From Macrostomum lignano (lineage: Eukaryota), in contig NIVC01000153.1 in assembly GCA_002269645.1 (NCBI GenBank), positions 270,703 through 334,702 of the forward strand: 64,000 bases of DNA, in the 5' to 3' direction. The position numbers and the translations under genes were made by a program. Numbering within the stretch: position 1 is the first letter of the stretch; every line of letters starts with the position of its first letter. Shown piece by piece: positions 52,208 to 64,000 of the stretch. The notes under the pieces were generated by a model. The model was not told where the DNA came from. It saw only the letters and a list, made by a program, of their open reading frames with translations, and did not search any database.

Positions 52208-52208
52208 A

Positions 52209-52278
<70 letters not shown>
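52136..52278. repeat. (CTA)n microsatellite
   Basis: Seen directly; ~47 units. Confidence 0.98.
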
Positions 52279-52579
52279 AAATTTTATTTTGCACTGTTTC
52301 TATGCTGGAGACACAAACTCCAAACTTAGGTCATGTGACTCAGTGACTGCCAGTCAGGCCGACAGACCAACAAATGATTAAAAGCAGCGGCCACAAGATA
52401 ACAGTTAAAGAGCTTCCCACTTCTTCAGACTCTCCTCCACTCTGAGATTGGCAGCTCACTCAGTTTTAAAGTGCTGCATTGTGTTTCTTCTGCATTGAGA
52501 CAATGCAATTGCTAGCTCGCTACATAGCTAACCAGATGCCTTTGACGGATTGAAGGCAACGTCTGTTGCGGAGCGACTA

Positions 52580-53962
52580 GTGATTCACAAGAGGCGCCAG
52601 ATTCACAAGAGGTGCCGGATTCACGAATAGTACCAGCTTCACAAGTTGGCGCCAGATTCACAAACGACGCCAGATTCACAAAATAGCGCCAGATTCACAA
52701 AAATAGCGCCATATTTACAAAATAGCGCTAGATTTACAAAATAGCGCCAAATTCACAAAATAGCGCTAGATTCACAAAATAGCGCCAAATTCACAAAAAT
52801 AGCGCCAGATTTACAAAAATAGCGCTAGATTCACCAAAAAGCCAAATTCACAAAAATAGCGCCAGATTTACAAAAATAGCGCTAGATTTACAAAATAGCG
52901 CTAGATTCACAAAAATAGCACCAGATTCACAAAATAGCGCCAAATTCACAAAAATAGCGCCAGATTCACAAAATAGCGCCAGATTCACAAAATAACGCCA
53001 GATTCGCAAAATAGCGCCAGATTCACAAAATAGCGCCAGATTCACAAAATAGCGCCAGATTCACAAAATAGCGCCAGATTCACAAAATAGCGCCAGATTC
53101 ACAAAAATAGCGCCATATTCACAAAATTGCGCTAGATTCACGAAATAGCGCCAAATTCACAAAAATAGCGCCAGATTTACAAAAATAGCGCTAGATTCAC
53201 CAAATAGCGCCAAATTCACAAAAATAGCGCCAGATTTACAAAAATAGCGCTAGATTCACAAAAATAGCGCCAGATTTACAAAAACAGCGCTAGATTCACC
53301 AAAATAGCGCCAGATTTACAAAAATAGCGCTAGATTCACAAAAATAGCGCCAAATTCACAAAAATAGCGCCAGATTCACAAAATAGCGCCAGATTCACAA
53401 AATAGCGCCAGATTAACAAAATAGCGCCAGATTCACAAAATAGCGCCAGATTTACAAAAATAGCGCCATATTTACAAAATAGCGCTAGATTCACCAAATA
53501 GCGCCAAATTCACAAAAATAGCGCCAGATTTACAAAAATAGCGCTAGATTTACAAAATAGCGCTAGATTCACAAAAATAGCGCCAGATTTACAAAAACAG
53601 CGCTAGATTCACCAAAATAGCGCCAGATTAACAAAAATAGCGCCAGATTCACAAGAATAGCGCCAGATTCACAAAATAGCACCAGATTCACAAAATAGCT
53701 CTAGATTTACAAAAATAGCGCCAGATTCACAAAATAGCGCCATATTCACAAAATAGCTCTAGATTTACAAAAATAGTGCCAGATTCACAAAATAGCGCCA
53801 GATTCACAAAATAGCTCTAGATTTACAAAAATAGCGCCAGATTCACAAAATAGCGCTAGATTCACCAAATAGCGCCAGATTCACCAAAATAGCGCCAGAT
53901 TTACAAAAATAGCGCTAGATTTACAAAATAGCGCCAGATTCACAAAATAGCACCAGATTTAC
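52580..53962. repeat. 19/20-bp minisatellite, ~70 copies
   Basis: Unit attcacaaaatagcgccag with variable A-run length. Confidence 0.96.
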
Positions 53963-54694
53963 AAGTTCGCGCATTGTGCAACTGTGCTGTTTAGTGAACT
54001 TGAACAAATACAATAACGGCCATTACTGAAGAAAATGCTTAAGCTAAATACAAGCGTTACATTTACATTATAGAATCAGAATTAACAAAACTAATATTTC
54101 AGCTACCGAAAATGATGTTGGTTCTGGCTGCTGCACACGGGCTCTGACAGCCAGTCTGCCACTAAATGGAAAGAATCAGGGTCGGAGTTGTCTAGAAATA
54201 AAAGAAAATAAAAAAACGTTAACCGCTTCTGTAGTGTGGTGTGCCCTCTTCTCCAAGCAGCTTGCGATGGCTGGGCCAAGTCAAAACGCATCATTCATTC
54301 TTTCCAAAGAGAATTTCTGCTGGCTGTACAAAACAATTAAAAGCTTTTTGTACAGCCTGTGGAATGGTCTGCAGGTCCGAATCTACGGAGCAGAGTACAG
54401 AGACTGGCGGTGTGCCCCAGTCCCAGCAAAGCTAATAGCTAATCACGTGGTTTAATGGAAATTCAAACTGCACTGGGCGGCCGGCTTCTGTCATGGCCTT
54501 CTCTAGACATGAGCAGTTGGACTGCAAGTTTCCGTCCAATGTAGCTTTAATTGACTTTTGACTATTATATTCATTTTTTCTTAACTTTGAAAGTGTCCGA
54601 ACCCAGTTTCAGGTAGCATCCATCCAGCTCTACAGGATTTTGCTTGCCACTGGGGGCGCCATTCGCGCCAACTTGAAGGCGCAAACGAGGGTCG

Positions 54695-55425
54695 CCAACT
54701 GGGGGCGCCAAACTGGGGGCGCCAATTAGGGTTGCCAACTAGGGACGCCATCTATGGGCGCCAATTAGGGTTGCCGCCTAGGGGCACCAACTGGGGGCTC
54801 CAACTGGGGGCGCCAACTGGGGGCGCCAATTAGGGTTTGCCAACTGGGGGCGCCAACTATGGGCGCCAATAGGGTTTGCCAACTGGGGGCGCCAACTATG
54901 GGCGCCAATTAGGGTTTGCCAACTGGGGCGCCAACTATGGGCGCCAATAGGGTTTGCCAACTGGGGGCGCCAACTATGGGCGCCAATTAGGGTTTGCCAA
55001 CTGGGGCGCCAACTGGGGGCGCCAACTGGGGGTGCCAACTGTGGGCGCCAACTGGGGGCGCCAACTGTGGGCGCCAACTGGGGGCGCCAACTGGGGGCGC
55101 CAACTGGGGGCGCCAACTGGGGGCGCCAACTGGGGGCGCCAACTGGGGGCGCCAACTGGGGGCGCCAACTGGGGGCGCCAACTGGGGGCGCCAACTGGGG
55201 GCGCCAACTGAGGGCGCCAACTTGGGGCGCCAACTATGGGCGCCATTTAGGGTTTGCCAACTGGGGGCGCCAACTGGGGTCGCCAAACTGGGGGTGCCAA
55301 CTTGGGGTGCCAACTATGGGCGCCATTTAGGGTTTGCCAACTGGGACCGCCAACTGGGGGCGCCAAACTGGGGGTTGCCAGCTGGGACCGCCAACTGGGG
55401 GCGCCAAACTGGGGGTTGCCAACTG
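54695..55425. repeat. 13-bp GC-rich minisatellite
   Basis: Unit ctgggggcgccaa, with interspersed ttagggtttgccaa variants. Confidence 0.95.
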
Positions 55426-56095
55426 TGGGTTATGAGCGGGACGTTGTCTTTTGTCTTTGTGGGCCGGGGCGCCCCCCTCACCGTAGGATCTGTATCTGCT
55501 CCTTGTCCTACGCTAGACACGTTGTCTGTTTTAAAATGTCCTAGCTTAGCATTCCAGATGTTATTCTGCAGAAGTCCGCGGCATTGAAGCGCGCCGGAGC
55601 CTGTTCCAGTCCAGGGGGGGGGGCGTTCATTGGCCTGGCGAACAAAAATGAGGCGGGTGTGTGGAGGAAGGCCGGGGTGGCAGTCTAAAGAGTAAAATAT
55701 TTGCCGCTTGACTTGCTCTCCCTCTCGCTCCAAGCTGTTTTTGCCTTCTCTAACGGGAAAAGAATCCCCCAAAATTATCCTTCTATCTGTTTATTTACTC
55801 CAGATTCCAGAACCGCTTCTCAACATATATACGGTTTGAAGTGGTTTTGAGACTGTTTTTCTCAACTATAAATTTTATCAGTTTTACAGCCGCCTTATCT
55901 TAAATTAAACTCCTTTTCATAAGAGCCACCTCTCCGTTCTCTTCTTATCTTAGATTCCCAAAGCGGCATTTAACAGACTAATTACGAGCTATTACTCCGG
56001 TTCCGATCCGGTTCAAAAGGTTTTTCGGTTGAGTATTTATATTCTGTCAGTTGGAACTTTATCAGTTTAATATAGCGCCAGCGAAATCCAGCAGC

Positions 56096-63957
<7,862 letters not shown>

Positions 63958-64000
63958 GTAAAGCTCCAGATTATATGTTCCCCTAATCGGAAACCTCATC

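Overview
This is eukaryotic (metazoan) genomic DNA with GC-rich coding exons, GT-AG introns and roughly 35 separate mini- and microsatellite arrays. The architecture resembles that reported for the flatworm Macrostomum, but that is an inference and was not verified. Five spliced genes were reconstructed by hand with consistent intron phases: (1) a secreted N-formylglutamate-amidohydrolase-like metallo-hydrolase (+, 9670-12140); (2) an Iroquois TALE homeobox gene (+, 15990-19962); (3) a BICD-related (BICDR/BICDL) dynein adaptor (-, 38667-30575); (4) a divergent class-A GPCR (-, 47369-44922); (5) an SLC6 amino-acid transporter (+, from 56096, running off the right end). Nearly all long ORFs in the supplied track are read-throughs of tandem repeats. 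Mobile DNA comprises a complete hAT-type MITE with an 8-bp TSD, a second TIR element, a CORE-type tRNA SINE, three copies of another tRNA-derived SINE and a possible Tc1/mariner relic. The most notable patterns are these: 14 of 17 complete introns carry their own array; several arrays repeat splice signals (donor, acceptor, branch point); several arrays share the terminal motif of the hAT MITE TIR; and the SLC6 has unusual TM6 residues. There is no CRISPR array, rRNA or bona fide tRNA gene. Repeat boundaries and copy numbers are approximate hand counts.
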